From NCBI GenBank assembly GCA_963716175.1, contig OY970296.1, positions 2,880,001 to 2,944,000 on the forward strand: a DNA stretch of 64,000 bases, given 5' to 3'. Positions 1 to 10,479 of the stretch are shown one piece after another. Every line of letters starts with the position of its first letter. Position 1 is the stretch's first letter. Below the pieces are notes generated by a model that saw only the letters and a program-made list of their open reading frames with translations, ran no database searches and was not told the origin of the DNA. Both the position numbers and the translations under genes were made by a program. Source of the DNA: an uncultured Armatimonadetes bacterium (GTDB lineage Bacteria; Armatimonadota; Hebobacteria; Hebobacterales; Hebobacteraceae).

Positions 1-2
1 GC

Positions 3-572
3 AAGCGCAGGATCGCCAACGACGGCGCGAACGACTTCGAGACGTTTCTGGCGAGAGCACTGCCGGCCATCAAGTCAGTGATGAAGCGCGGGTCGGCGCT
101 GTACTGGTTCGCGGGAGGCGGTGGCAGCGAGCCGGTGCTCGCGAAAGCGCTGCTGGCGATCAGCGAGCATCTCGATCTCCAGAACGTCCTGGTCTGGGAT
201 AAGATTGACCCAGGCCTGGGCTGGCGCTGGCGGCGATCGTGGGAGGCGATTGTGGAGGCCTCTTACGGCCAGCCCAAGGTCTGGCACGGAGGCACCGACA
301 GACGGAACGTTCTCCGCTTCCCCAAGGCCATCCCGCAGGCCGATGACCATCCCACTCCGAAGCCGGTGCCGTTGCTGGAGGAGATCATCCGTGCGGCCGC
401 CCCGGCGCAGGGCCGGGTGCTCGATCCCTTCGCCGGCTCGGGCTCGACTCTCATCGCGGCGGAGCGGACCGGCCGGACCTGCCTGGCGGTCGAGCTCGAA
501 CCCCGCTACTGCGACATCGTGCTGGCCCGCTGGGAGGCGCTGACTCAGGCTAAGGCAGCGCGAGCCGGGTGA
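3..572 (+). CDS. Site-specific DNA methyltransferase (N6/N4 type, phage-associated), 5'-partial
   Basis: Frame is open from the window edge (KRRIANDGANDFETFLARAL...). Motifs VWDK, HPTPKPV, VLDPFAGSGSTLIAAERTGR, ELEPRYCD. Confidence 0.9.
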   Translation, partial: KRRIANDGANDFETFLARALPAIKSVMKRGSALYWFAGGGGSEPVLAKALLAISEHLDLQNVLVWDKIDPGLGWRWRRSWEAIVEASYGQPKVWHGGTDRRNVLRFPKAIPQADDHPTPKPVPLLEEIIRAAAPAQGRVLDPFAGSGSTLIAAERTGRTCLAVELEPRYCDIVLARWEALTQAKAARAG

Positions 573-630
573 TGTGCTGCCTCAGGGGAAACGCAGACGC
601 AGCAGTACAGACCATGAATGGAGCAGACCG

Positions 631-2220
631 ATGGCACAAGCGACACGACCAGCCGAGGAGGCGAAGCTCCGGAAGCTGCGCGAGTATGCACGAAGGGCGC
701 AGGCGATCCTCGCACTGCGCGCCGATCCCCGGCGCTGGATCGAGGACAACCTGTTCATCCGGACCAAGGACCAGCGGCTGATACCGCTGGCGCTGAACGC
801 CGTGCAGGCCGACTACTACACTCGGCGAGGGCTTCGGGATCTGATCCTGAAGCCGCGGCAATTGGGGTTCACGACGCTGATCTGCGCGCTCTTCTTCGCC
901 GACACGGGGCTGCATCCCAATACCGCATCGGTGATCGTCGCCCACGACGCGGACTCGGCCCGGCGGATCTTCGCCATCGTCCGGCTGTTCTGGGAACGGC
1001 TGCCCGAAACCGAGAAGCGGCGGATGGGGAAGCCCCAGATCCTGAACCGCCAGGAGATGTATTGGCCCAAGCTCAACTCTCGCTTCTACGTGGGCACTGC
1101 TGGCGCATTCACCTTCGGCCGGGGGCAAACCATCAGTAACCTTCATTGCTCGGAGTTCGCCTTCTGGCCCAAGCCGGAGGAGGCACTCATTGCGATCTCA
1201 CAGGCGGTGCCGTCCGGGGGTCGGATCGTGATCGAGTCCAGCGCGAACGGGATGGCCAACTTCCTCTGTGAACTCTGGTCCCAGACCAAAGAGGGCGCCA
1301 CCGGCTACACTCCACATTTCTACCGCTGGTGGCAGGATCCGACCTACCAGCTTCCGGGGGAGCCACTCCAAGGGCTGAGCGAGGAGGAGGTCCATCTCCA
1401 GAGTGCCTATCGCCTGAGCGATGAGCAGCTACGGTGGCGGCGGGCGAAGCAGCAGGAGTTGCGGATGCGCTTCCTCCAGGAGTACCCGGAGGATGATGTC
1501 ACCTGTTTCCTGGCGACCGGGCGCTGCTGCTTCGACACCCGCGCGCTGCTCGCGGCCCAACAGCGCATCGCGGCGGAGCCCGAGCCGGTGCTACTGGCCT
1601 CGCTGCCCGATGCGGAAGGAGGGGCCCTGGCAATCGCGCCAGCGACGCTCGCCATCTACCGCGCGCCGGAGCAGGGCAAGGAGTACGTCGTCGGGGCCGA
1701 CATCGGAGAGGGGCTGGCCCACGGGGATGCCTCCGCGGCCTGCGTGCTGGAATACGAGTCGGGCGAGCAGGTGGCTGAGCTACATGGGCGCGTCTCGCCG
1801 GAGCGCTTCGCCAGGTTGCTGGATGCGCTGAGCAGATACTACGGCACCGCCAGGCTGGGGGTTGAAAGGAATCAGCACGGTCATTCCACGCTCAACACGC
1901 TCTACAACACGCTCCACTATCCCCGCCTCTACCAGCACTCCCGCTACGACCAGCACGATGCCGAGACGACGACCCTGGGCTGGCCCACCGATGTCTCCAC
2001 CAAGCCGATCCTCGTGGATGACTTCGCGGCCGCGATCGCCGAGGGTCACCTGCGGATGCATTCGTCGGGGTTGGTGGAGGAGTGCCTCTCCTTCGTCACC
2101 ACCGACACGGGCTCCCAGGAGGCGGGGCCCGGCCATCACGACGACCGGGTCATCGCCGGCGGCATCGCTTGGCAAATCCGGAAGAGACGAGAGCCGGAGG
2201 TAGGGGGCTTCCAGGCGTAG
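631..2220 (+). CDS. Phage terminase large subunit
   Basis: Walker A-like LILKPRQLGFTT, Walker B LHCSE, coupling motif IVIESSANG, RNase H-like nuclease YVVGADIGEG...HDDRV. Start at ATG 631 chosen for an upstream GGAG; the ORF is open from 574. Confidence 0.88.
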   Translation: MAQATRPAEEAKLRKLREYARRAQAILALRADPRRWIEDNLFIRTKDQRLIPLALNAVQADYYTRRGLRDLILKPRQLGFTTLICALFFADTGLHPNTASVIVAHDADSARRIFAIVRLFWERLPETEKRRMGKPQILNRQEMYWPKLNSRFYVGTAGAFTFGRGQTISNLHCSEFAFWPKPEEALIAISQAVPSGGRIVIESSANGMANFLCELWSQTKEGATGYTPHFYRWWQDPTYQLPGEPLQGLSEEEVHLQSAYRLSDEQLRWRRAKQQELRMRFLQEYPEDDVTCFLATGRCCFDTRALLAAQQRIAAEPEPVLLASLPDAEGGALAIAPATLAIYRAPEQGKEYVVGADIGEGLAHGDASAACVLEYESGEQVAELHGRVSPERFARLLDALSRYYGTARLGVERNQHGHSTLNTLYNTLHYPRLYQHSRYDQHDAETTTLGWPTDVSTKPILVDDFAAAIAEGHLRMHSSGLVEECLSFVTTDTGSQEAGPGHHDDRVIAGGIAWQIRKRREPEVGGFQA

Positions 2221-2560
2221 TGCGAAGAGCAGGGGCTGGGCCGGGAGCGACGTTCTTATCAGTTGGGTCAAGGCCCGAGTCGGATTCCTGTCGTCTCCCG
2301 GCTCACCGCCTCCTCTCACTTGCCTGCCGGCCACTCCTCAATCCTGCATGAGGCCACCACCACTATCCATGATACGAGTCGGAATATCGTCCGATTCCCA
2401 AGGGCTTCCGGGCCGGCTCCGCGGGCGCATTACGGACAGCGTGTGCCAGCAGGAGGACCGCTTCGCGACGAAGCCGTCCAGAGGTATCCGTGGCGCCACG
2501 AAGAACAGGAGCACTGCCCACGGTGCGGCGCCGCCCGGCAGGCCGGAAGAGGATAGCTGA

Positions 2561-3580
2561 GTGACTCACGCCGACACTGGAAAGAATGATGCCTGTCCTT
2601 GCGGCAGTGGCCGGACCTATGGGGAGTGTTGCCTCGGACGGCAGGAAGCCCCGACTACCTCTCCCGTTATTGCGGATGCCATCGCGGGGCTGCGCCAGGC
2701 GCTCGCGGGCAGGGAGTTCTCCTCGGAGCAGGATCTCCAAGCCTACGTGCGTAGCCTCAGTGACCAGCGCAATCAGAGACCGCTCAATGACTTCTGCGGC
2801 CTGTCGGCCCATCAGATGCACCGGTTTCTTCACTTCCCCTTTGACTCTCCGCAGCTGGTGACCTTCCCCCCTTGCCTCGCAGTCACCCCGCGGGCACCGC
2901 TGCTCACCCTGTTTCGGCTGCTTGCGGAAGCTCTCGGTGAGCAAGGGCTGAAGGCGACGGCCAAAGGAAACCTCCCGCGGAAGTTCGTCCAGGAGGCGGC
3001 CCTGGCGTTCGAAAGGCAAGGACGTCATGAGAGATACGCTCCCGTCGCCATTCGTACGGAGGAGGACTTCTACGAACTGCACGTTACCCGGCTGGTCGCC
3101 GGGCTGAGCGGGCTGGTCCACAAGACCAAGGGGCGGTTCTTGCTGAGCCCCGCCGGCCGCACGGTGCTCACGGACGAGGGCTTGGCCGGCCTCTACCCCA
3201 GACTCTCTCTGACCTATGTGCGGGACTTCAACTGGAGCTATTGGGATCGGTATCCGGAGCTTCCCTTCATCCAGCAGTCCTTCCTCTTCACGCTCTACCT
3301 TCTCCGCTGCTACGGCGACCAGTGGCGCCCCAGCACCTTCTATGAGGACGCCTTCCTGAAGGCCTTCCCCAAGCTCCTGCAGGAGGTGGAGCCCCTGCCC
3401 TACAGCTCGCCGGAGCAAACTGTGCGCCGCTGCTACTCCTGGCGCTGCCTGGAACGGTTTGCCGGCTTCCTCAGTCTGATAGAAGTCGAGAGAGAATCGA
3501 ACCGACTCCTGGACCGGAGCTTCCGACTGAGGAGCACGCCTCTGCTGAAGGCAGCGGTCGAGTTCAGGGCTGGTCTCTGA
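2561..3580 (+). CDS. SEC-C metal-binding motif domain protein
   Basis: N-terminal GKNDACPCGSGRTYGECC; 339 aa; AGAGG upstream of the GTG start. Confidence 0.8.
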   Translation: MTHADTGKNDACPCGSGRTYGECCLGRQEAPTTSPVIADAIAGLRQALAGREFSSEQDLQAYVRSLSDQRNQRPLNDFCGLSAHQMHRFLHFPFDSPQLVTFPPCLAVTPRAPLLTLFRLLAEALGEQGLKATAKGNLPRKFVQEAALAFERQGRHERYAPVAIRTEEDFYELHVTRLVAGLSGLVHKTKGRFLLSPAGRTVLTDEGLAGLYPRLSLTYVRDFNWSYWDRYPELPFIQQSFLFTLYLLRCYGDQWRPSTFYEDAFLKAFPKLLQEVEPLPYSSPEQTVRRCYSWRCLERFAGFLSLIEVERESNRLLDRSFRLRSTPLLKAAVEFRAGL

Positions 3581-4321
3581 GTCGTCGCCCCGGACTCGAT
3601 GCGGTTCACAAGTGGGCCTGGGACAGCAACTGAGGGACTCAGACCGGCTCCGGCCTCCAGGGGTGGCGGTGCGACAGCGCGCGTGACGACGACGATGGGA
3701 CATGGATGAGTCGTGACAGGCATCGGGTGGGGTGGAAGAGGGTCGCGAACCCGCGGTGAGACGCGCCGGAGCGGGAGGTTACACCGACCGCGGTGGGCAG
3801 AGGAGTCAGGCGGCGAGTCGGTAGGCGGTGATCCGGGTGTCGGGGAAGACGCGGCGCTCCAGGTTGGTCGGCAGTGTCTTGGCTGACTTCCCCGGCTTAT
3901 CCCACCGCTCACCCCGATACCTCACTGTGGGGACCGCGCCCCCCAGCCTAGCGCGCGTGCCGCATGCCTTCTCGCCGCGGTCGATGAGGGCCAGGACTCA
4001 CTTGGACCGCTCGAGTGGCGGCCCGAGCCCCAGACGCTGCGCATCAACGTCGGGACCGGCGCTCCAGACAAGCCCGGAGAGGTCAGGATTCGTGAGCTGA
4101 GCATCGGACGGCCGCAGGAGCCTGCTACTTGCCTCCCGGGGGGACAAGCGAGGGGCCGACGGCTCTGGCGTGCGCCCCGGTTCATGCCATTCCGTGACTG
4201 GGCTACACGGCCTGCCGCGCGTCTTGTACCATGCCAGCCCTTAGTGCTATCTTCAGCTAGTGCGCCATCTGCGGCCAACCATGCGGTGAGCCCAGGTGTG
4301 GCTTCGCAACGGAGGAGCGAG

Positions 4322-5704
4322 ATGCGTATCTTCGTCTGTCTGCTGATCGGGGCCCTGCCTTCCTGGGGATCCGCCGCTGCTGCTGTCTCCCAGCCCGCCC
4401 CAGTCCCGACTGACACCGTCTCCGCGAGTTCGGGTAACCTCGTCCCCACCCCCGGATTCGAGGAGATCGCGGACGGCCTGCCTGTGGGCTGGACGACACA
4501 TGCGCCTCGCCCTGAGATCGCCCCTGCTTTCGCCTCGGACAGCGAAGTCGCGCGGTCTGGCCGGCGTTCTCTCCGCCTTTCGGGAGATGGGAAGATGGGG
4601 GTGGTAGGGTGGGTCACGGGCAGCTGCTCAGGCATCCGGGCGGGAAGCACGTACGAGCTGGTCGCGCACTTCCGGGCGGAAGGGATTCCCAGCTCCCAGG
4701 AGTCGGTGTGGGTGAACCTGACCTGGCGGCGCGACGCCTCCGACCCCAGGCCGCGGGTAGCCTACCTCTCTGCGGTAACGCGGGAAGGGGACTGGTGGCA
4801 GGTATCAGGCCGACTCCGGGCCCCGGAGAGCGCCACCATCGCCGACATCTCCCTCGGCCTTCGCCAGGCTCCTGACGGGCGGCTGTGGTGGGACGACGTT
4901 TCGCTCCGGGAGGTGCCGGCCGGCCCGCCCCGTCGTATCCGGCTGGCCACCACACTTGTGCCGCGAGCGGAGCACAATCCCGCGGGATGGCGGAAGGCGA
5001 TCGAGCGGGCCGGGGACGGAAAGGCTGATGTGGTCTGCTTGGGCGAACTCCCCCCGATCGTTGTTCCTGACCCGGGGACTCGTCCGACTATCCCGGGGGC
5101 GGCCACTGCAGTCCTGGCCGAACTCGCCCGGAAGTACCACATGCTGATTATTGTCAGTCTTCCCGAATGGAAGGGAGACGTGTTCTACAACACGGCCGTG
5201 ATCATAGGCCGTGACGGCGACGTCCTGGGAACATATCGCAAGAGCCATCTCCCCGAAGTAGAGGTGGAGCGAGGCAGCACGCCCGGCTCGGAACTCCCGG
5301 TTTTCGACACCGACATCGGCCGCATCGGCCTCCAGATCTGCTACGACCACTTCTTCCCCGAGGTCGCTCGCGTGCTGGCGCTGAAGGGCGCGGAGATCAT
5401 CTTCACTCCCATCGCCGCGGATGAGCGTGCGGCCTACAGAGAGGTGGCCGTGGCGCGGGCCGTTGACAACAGTGTGTTCTACGTCACCTCCACCCGCGGT
5501 GACCCCAGCAGCCTGATAGTGGACCCATCTGGCCGTGTCCTGGCAGAGGCCACGGGCAACCCGGAGGTGGTCTTCGCGGATGTGGATCTCGACGCACCTC
5601 ACTATGAGTTCGAACTGTCGGTCGAGGGCGAGGCCGAGTTCCGGCACCTGTGGCCCAAGGAGCGGCGCCCTTCTCTCTATCGCGAGCTAACTGAGGAGCG
5701 GTGA
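4322..5704 (+). CDS. Exported carbon-nitrogen hydrolase (nitrilase superfamily) with N-terminal CBM4/9-like domain
   Basis: GGAGGAG RBS before ATG 4322; signal peptide; NLVPTPGFE...WDDVSL jelly-roll signature; catalytic triad motifs CLGE, YRKSHL, QICYD. Confidence 0.88.
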   Translation: MRIFVCLLIGALPSWGSAAAAVSQPAPVPTDTVSASSGNLVPTPGFEEIADGLPVGWTTHAPRPEIAPAFASDSEVARSGRRSLRLSGDGKMGVVGWVTGSCSGIRAGSTYELVAHFRAEGIPSSQESVWVNLTWRRDASDPRPRVAYLSAVTREGDWWQVSGRLRAPESATIADISLGLRQAPDGRLWWDDVSLREVPAGPPRRIRLATTLVPRAEHNPAGWRKAIERAGDGKADVVCLGELPPIVVPDPGTRPTIPGAATAVLAELARKYHMLIIVSLPEWKGDVFYNTAVIIGRDGDVLGTYRKSHLPEVEVERGSTPGSELPVFDTDIGRIGLQICYDHFFPEVARVLALKGAEIIFTPIAADERAAYREVAVARAVDNSVFYVTSTRGDPSSLIVDPSGRVLAEATGNPEVVFADVDLDAPHYEFELSVEGEAEFRHLWPKERRPSLYRELTEER

Positions 5705-5719
5705 CCGCTTTGTCTCCTG

Positions 5720-7777
5720 CTAGGCCCAGGGGGAAAGCTGCATGTGCAGGCCCAGCAGTGGGTCTATGGCGCTGCGCAGCCCGATGATCACGAAGTGGCC
5801 CAGGGCCATGCCCACGAAGGCCGGACGCATGGTGGTGTAGAGGCGAAGCCCGCCGAAGCGGCGCAGCAGCGAGACCAGCAGCCAGGCGATGAAGGCGTTG
5901 CTCCAGATGCGGCTGTTCATGGCGCCCGTTCCCCCCATGATGAACCCAATCGGGCTGAGGCCCCACCAGACGAAGCGGGAGTGAAGCCAGTCGAGGCCGT
6001 ACATCGCCGCCGCACCACACACCAGCGCCAGAGTGAGATAAGGGGTGCGGCCTTCGGGGCTCTGCAGGCTAGCGGCGAGTTCGCCGAACTGCCAGTTCCC
6101 GCTGTCCCGGAACTGCCAGGTGTCGAAGTTGAGAGCTGCGTGACGGTAGGCCGCATTGATGTTCACCCAGGGCACGATGGCCATCATCAAGACTACCGCC
6201 AGCAACAGCATCAGCAGGCTGGTGCGGCCGGACACCCGCCCAACATGAAGGAGCTTGAAGTCGTTGACGGTGTAGCTGAGGAAGTTTACTTTCCATTGCA
6301 GCATGAAGGTGTGCTGAAGCAGGGTGACCATGGTGAGAGAAGCCGGGGAGAAGGCGCTGGCGCCCGTGAGGCCCACCAGCACGTCGCGAGGAGCCATGCT
6401 GATGGCGGGTGTGTAAATTCCGCCCGCGGCCACCAGGCGAGCCGTAGCAAGAGAGAAGGTGTAGAAGATAGCCATTAGAGCCACCACCACCCAGAGTTCC
6501 ATGCCAGCACGAAAGGACCAGATACCGACTAAGATAGCGCTGATTGCCAGGCCGATCGCGGCGCCCCGAGGGGAAAGGGGGGCAAGCGGATCGGGAGGCA
6601 AGCCGGGACGGCCATAGAGACTCCGGAGCGCTGCCGCGAGAGAGCGGCGGGACTGCCAGAGGACCAGCAGAGCCAGCATGAAGCAGCCGCCAGTCTCCTG
6701 ATAGGCGATGAAGGCCGAGGGGCTGAAGAGACTGGCGCCCACGGCTTCCTGCCCATAGCCCAGAGCAGCGAAGGTCAGCACTTGGGTGCGATTGGCGAGG
6801 AAGAACAACCATAGGCTCAAGGAGACCTCGGCCGGCAAGAGCGCCAAGATACCGATGGTCTCGAAGCCGATGTAGACATAGGTGTAGAGCAGCGAACTCA
6901 TGGGCCCGGATTGACCGAACCATCGCCCCACCTGCCAGTACATGGATGAGTAGGGCACGGAGGGTGCGAAGGAATGCGCCATCTGGAACAGGGACTGGCC
7001 GACCGGGAGAGCGAAGCCGGCCCAGAGATAGGGGTTGCGAAAGAAGGCAGTCGGGGCCGTGGAACCGTTTCCGGTCATCTCGATGGGCAGAACCGCGAGA
7101 GGGAAAGAGAGGCGCTGGGATTCGATCCAGTCTCGCCGTATCAGGCAGGCCAGCGAGAACAGGCCCAGGTAGAGTGCGAACGCGATCAGGGACCAGTTCC
7201 AGATGGGGGCCAGCCATTCCACCCAGGGGAGGTGAGCGCCGGCCGGCGCGCCTTCGAAGAACCAGCGCACGGCCTCGGGGCTGGTGACCTGGAGCCAGGG
7301 GGGGACGTTCGGGAGCAAGATCTGGGTCCAGCGATTCTCGGGGCTGGCGTAGTACTGCGGTTGGACGGAATTGACCATGACGTAGACGTAGAGCCCCTCA
7401 CCGGCGAAGGCCGCGCAGATCGCCATCATCGCGTACATGAGGAGGAGTTCCGGCCGGGTGAAGGCCAGGTCGGGGCGGAGACGGCGCAGCAGGGCGTTCA
7501 CCGGCCAGACCAGCAGAAAGAGGAGGAAGACCGGGCCCACCCCGAGGGGACGGAAGGCCCAGTCAAACTTGTTGAGCGACAGGTTGAAGTAGGGGATCAG
7601 GAAAGCCAGGGCGATGACGAGGCCGGCGCCCACGGACAGGGCCCAGCCGCGGGGCAGGCGCAGCCGGCGTTGCTCATCAGCAGGGAGGTCGGACATCATA
7701 GCACCGGGTCGGTCGCTGGCAAGAGATTCGATGGCGATGGGCCGGCTCCCCGCCGAAGAATCGCGATCCCTCGCCAT
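5720..7777 (-). CDS. Polytopic membrane protein, DUF6785/DUF6784 type (putative transporter)
   Basis: 685 aa with many TM helices; motifs YYASPENRW, W..SQRLSFPL, WWGLSPIGF, RFGGLRLY...RPAFVG. Start may be ATG 7699 or 7696. Confidence 0.75.
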   Translation of the reverse strand: MARDRDSSAGSRPIAIESLASDRPGAMMSDLPADEQRRLRLPRGWALSVGAGLVIALAFLIPYFNLSLNKFDWAFRPLGVGPVFLLFLLVWPVNALLRRLRPDLAFTRPELLLMYAMMAICAAFAGEGLYVYVMVNSVQPQYYASPENRWTQILLPNVPPWLQVTSPEAVRWFFEGAPAGAHLPWVEWLAPIWNWSLIAFALYLGLFSLACLIRRDWIESQRLSFPLAVLPIEMTGNGSTAPTAFFRNPYLWAGFALPVGQSLFQMAHSFAPSVPYSSMYWQVGRWFGQSGPMSSLLYTYVYIGFETIGILALLPAEVSLSLWLFFLANRTQVLTFAALGYGQEAVGASLFSPSAFIAYQETGGCFMLALLVLWQSRRSLAAALRSLYGRPGLPPDPLAPLSPRGAAIGLAISAILVGIWSFRAGMELWVVVALMAIFYTFSLATARLVAAGGIYTPAISMAPRDVLVGLTGASAFSPASLTMVTLLQHTFMLQWKVNFLSYTVNDFKLLHVGRVSGRTSLLMLLLAVVLMMAIVPWVNINAAYRHAALNFDTWQFRDSGNWQFGELAASLQSPEGRTPYLTLALVCGAAAMYGLDWLHSRFVWWGLSPIGFIMGGTGAMNSRIWSNAFIAWLLVSLLRRFGGLRLYTTMRPAFVGMALGHFVIIGLRSAIDPLLGLHMQLSPWA

Positions 7778-7858
7778 GGTGCCAGTCCGTCCGCGGGTGC
7801 GGCAGCGCTGTTGGGCAGGGCACGCGAGACTCGCGGCGTGTCACACTGGCGTGGGAAG

Positions 7859-7896
7859 GCAATGGGCGGAGGCGCTGCGGTGGCTCCGCCCATTGC
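7859..7896. repeat. Intercistronic hairpin with a 13-bp perfect stem
   Basis: GCAATGGGCGGAG-N12-CTCCGCCCATTGC between the prepilin-like gene and the transporter-like gene; no strong U tract. Confidence 0.65.
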
Positions 7897-7941
7897 GTCT
7901 TCCAGTGGTCGCGCGGAACTCCGTCTGTTGTGCGCCGACTG

Positions 7942-8994
7942 CTACGCCGCCGGCTGGCCGCAGAAGCCCCTGATGTTGCCCTCGTAGTGGTAGACCATGT
8001 CGCTGTAGCCGGTCTCGTCAGCGCAGCACTCGCAGTGAGGCGTGTTCGCCATCAACGCTTCGGCGTTCATCCAGCTGGCATGCCCGTCCGCGAAGCCCAG
8101 GTTGCTGCCGCCCAGGTGCCGGGTGTACTTGGCGCGGAAGGTGGGGTCGGTCGCGAATTTGGGGTACAAGTCCGGGGGCAGCGCGCACGTCTGGGTCCAC
8201 GGGCAGTCCTCCCAGTTCGCGCAGCCCCCTCGGAAGCCGCAGATCTGGTAGGCCACAGTCTCGACGTTCTCTATCACCGACAGGACGCCCAGGTCGGCAC
8301 AGACCATGTACAGTGCGGGATCGGGTATCGCCGAGGTCTTCAGATCAGCGTTCTCTCGCTCGGCGAAGCCGATGCCGGGGTCAAAGGCACCTGCGGTAGC
8401 CGTGGTTGGACCGGTGACCCAGGGGAAGGCCCCGGGCGTTGCCAGTTGCTGCTGGGCCACGGAATCTGTGACCGTGCCTCCCCATCCCGGTGGGTAGGCA
8501 TAGGCGCAGGGGCTGACCACCAGGCCAGTTCCCCATTGGCCCTCACGAGCCTGGAGATACTGCCACCAGCCGTAGCCGTAGTCGGGTACGATGAAGAATG
8601 CTCCCACCTCGAACCGGGCGCTAGGGCAGCGCCAGACATCGCGGTTCCTCACGTACTCGTCCAGGACCACAGCCCAACGCAAGAACGGGTTCGCATTCAG
8701 GGCGCGGCCGCAGTTATCCCTTGGGCCGCCTCCGCCTGGCCCGGTGTCGAAGTAGGCCTGGGCCGCCGGATCGTGAAATCCGGGCGGAAACCGGTCATAG
8801 TCAGTGAGGTACATCTGGACCGCCAGGGCGATGTTCTTCACATTCGACAGGCACTGGATCTTGCGCGCTGACTCCCTGGCCCGGGCGAAGACCGGGAACA
8901 GCATGGCCGCCAGGATCGCGATAATCGCGATCACCACCAACAGCTCAATCAGGGTGAACCCTCTGCATCTCCGACGCAGCATGGAACTTTGCAC
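7942..8994 (-). CDS. Prepilin-type N-terminal methylation domain protein with H-X9-DG motif (DUF1559-like)
   Basis: [34 protein letters not shown]...CLSN; C-terminal [15 protein letters not shown]; GGAGG RBS. Confidence 0.93.
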   Translation of the reverse strand: MQSSMLRRRCRGFTLIELLVVIAIIAILAAMLFPVFARARESARKIQCLSNVKNIALAVQMYLTDYDRFPPGFHDPAAQAYFDTGPGGGGPRDNCGRALNANPFLRWAVVLDEYVRNRDVWRCPSARFEVGAFFIVPDYGYGWWQYLQAREGQWGTGLVVSPCAYAYPPGWGGTVTDSVAQQQLATPGAFPWVTGPTTATAGAFDPGIGFAERENADLKTSAIPDPALYMVCADLGVLSVIENVETVAYQICGFRGGCANWEDCPWTQTCALPPDLYPKFATDPTFRAKYTRHLGGSNLGFADGHASWMNAEALMANTPHCECCADETGYSDMVYHYEGNIRGFCGQPAA

Positions 8995-9178
8995 CTCCTC
9001 AGGCTGGGTAACCGCATACTGCTCACAAATGCTCGGGCCGAATCACAAAGCCAACCGCTGGAACCGCACAGTGCGCCGAAGGCAACACCTCCCTTCTGAT
9101 CGCCGACGCCGCCCCCGTTGTTCCGCCTGTATAAGCGTCCTGCCTATGGGGATCGGAGCCACTAGGCCGCTACGTCAT

Positions 9179-9208
9179 ATTGTAGCGTCACAGCCCAGGG
9201 TTCGTCAC
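9179..9208 (-). promoter_or_regulatory. Candidate promoter for the prepilin/transporter operon
   Basis: TACAAT -10 at 9184-9179 and weak GTGACG -35 at 9208-9203 on the minus strand, in the divergent gap next to AraC. Confidence 0.35.
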
Positions 9209-9228
9209 TGGACAAACTTCCTGCGTTC

Positions 9229-10134
9229 TTGTACATTCTTACTCGCGCGAGGTCCGAACCCATAGCGAGTGGCGCCTCCAAGTCTCTCACATCAGTTGAC
9301 AAAGGGCTGACGCCCAGCAACCCGGTCCGCGTTCTCGCCTTGGCTCAGCCGTACCCAGATCCGCCTGCCCGCCACATACACTCGACTTTCGAGATTGGCG
9401 TTCTCCTGACCGGGCAGACAGACAGGTACCTCGAGGACTTGCTGGTCCGGCTGAGGACTGGCGATCTCTACTTGAGTCCGACATGTGAGTCCCACGGGTG
9501 GAGCACCGTTGCTCCCGGCAGCGTGCTGCTGGTAATCTACTTCCTACCACAGTTCCTCGGAGAGGAGACCTTCGAGGGGATACTGTGGATCAACCTGTTT
9601 GCCAGACCTCCGAGCGAGCGCCCGCGTGTCACCAACCCCGAAATGAGGGAAAAGGTCCTCGAGATCGCGCATGAGCTGGAGGAGGAGAGCCGGCACCAGC
9701 GGCCAGGATGGCGGACGGCAGTGCGGCTGGGCATAGTGAAGCTGCTGTTCACCATCAGTCGTGGCTGGCAGCCCGCGAGCCAGGGAGAGCGCCAGCGTGG
9801 CGCGCACTCCAGCGATCTGCTTCGAGTCATGCCCGCGATTAGGCTGATGCAGTCCGACCCCGAGCGCCGGGTAGGCTTGGCCGAGGCGTCGGCAGCATGC
9901 TCGCTCAGCCCTTCACGATTCTCGCTGATCTTTCGCCGGGCCATGGGCGGCAGCTTCGGGAGACTCGCATTGCGATCTCGTGTGGGCAGCGCCGCCGAGC
10001 TTCTCCTGACTAGCGAGCTGTCGGTAGCAGCAGTGGCAGAGAGGTTTGGGTTCGCGGATGCCAGCCATTTGCACCGTGCCTTCTCCAAGCTCTACAGACG
10101 CACTCCGACCGATTACCGACGTGAGGCGCAGTAG
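9229..10134 (+). CDS. AraC family transcriptional regulator
   Basis: Cupin motif HIHSTFEIG; C-terminal double HTH LSPSRFSLIFRR...VAERFGFADASHLHRAFSKLYRRTPTDYR. Start uncertain. Confidence 0.9.
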   Translation: MYILTRARSEPIASGASKSLTSVDKGLTPSNPVRVLALAQPYPDPPARHIHSTFEIGVLLTGQTDRYLEDLLVRLRTGDLYLSPTCESHGWSTVAPGSVLLVIYFLPQFLGEETFEGILWINLFARPPSERPRVTNPEMREKVLEIAHELEEESRHQRPGWRTAVRLGIVKLLFTISRGWQPASQGERQRGAHSSDLLRVMPAIRLMQSDPERRVGLAEASAACSLSPSRFSLIFRRAMGGSFGRLALRSRVGSAAELLLTSELSVAAVAERFGFADASHLHRAFSKLYRRTPTDYRREAQ

Positions 10135-10479
10135 CTGCCCTGTCTTCGGCCATTGCCTACATTCGCAGCCGTCCCCGGTATCGTGCCACCATGCCTCAGA
10201 CTGAAGCGCGTTGCCTGCGTCGCCCAACGGGTGTCCCAGATGCCCATGCCGAGAAGCAGCACGGCAAGTGCTATTCCGACCTGGCCGCCAACGTGGAAGC
10301 GCGTCGGGTCTTCACGCATGACCGGCCGGTGACATAGCCCTGCCCCAACTGCGGGTATGTGCACGAGGCAACAGAAGCACCCAAGGTGTGTCACGCCTGT
10401 GCCCATCTGTCCTTGTCAAGGCCTCGTGAAGCCGGCTGTGGCTGTTCCTATAAGACGGCACGTCAAGACTCCCCCCGTG

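Noticed and set aside
2267-2276. GTCAAGGCCC recurring in intergenic DNA (also 28428-28437 and 34671-34680), similar to half of the IS target
   Set aside because: A short motif noticed post hoc; the other half of the target is absent, and GTCAAGGCC also occurs in coding sequence.
2363-3703. Long minus-strand ORF (446 aa), representative of many antisense ORFs such as 5744-6478, 30282-31388, 54149-55180 and 60028-61041
   Set aside because: Shadow ORFs of real genes in GC-rich DNA; no motifs and atypical composition.
3806-4000. Minus-strand reading VLALIDRG...LERRVFPDTRITAYRLAA with gene-like codon use
   Set aside because: Preceded by an in-frame stop, with no clear start or recognisable family; at most an unassignable remnant.
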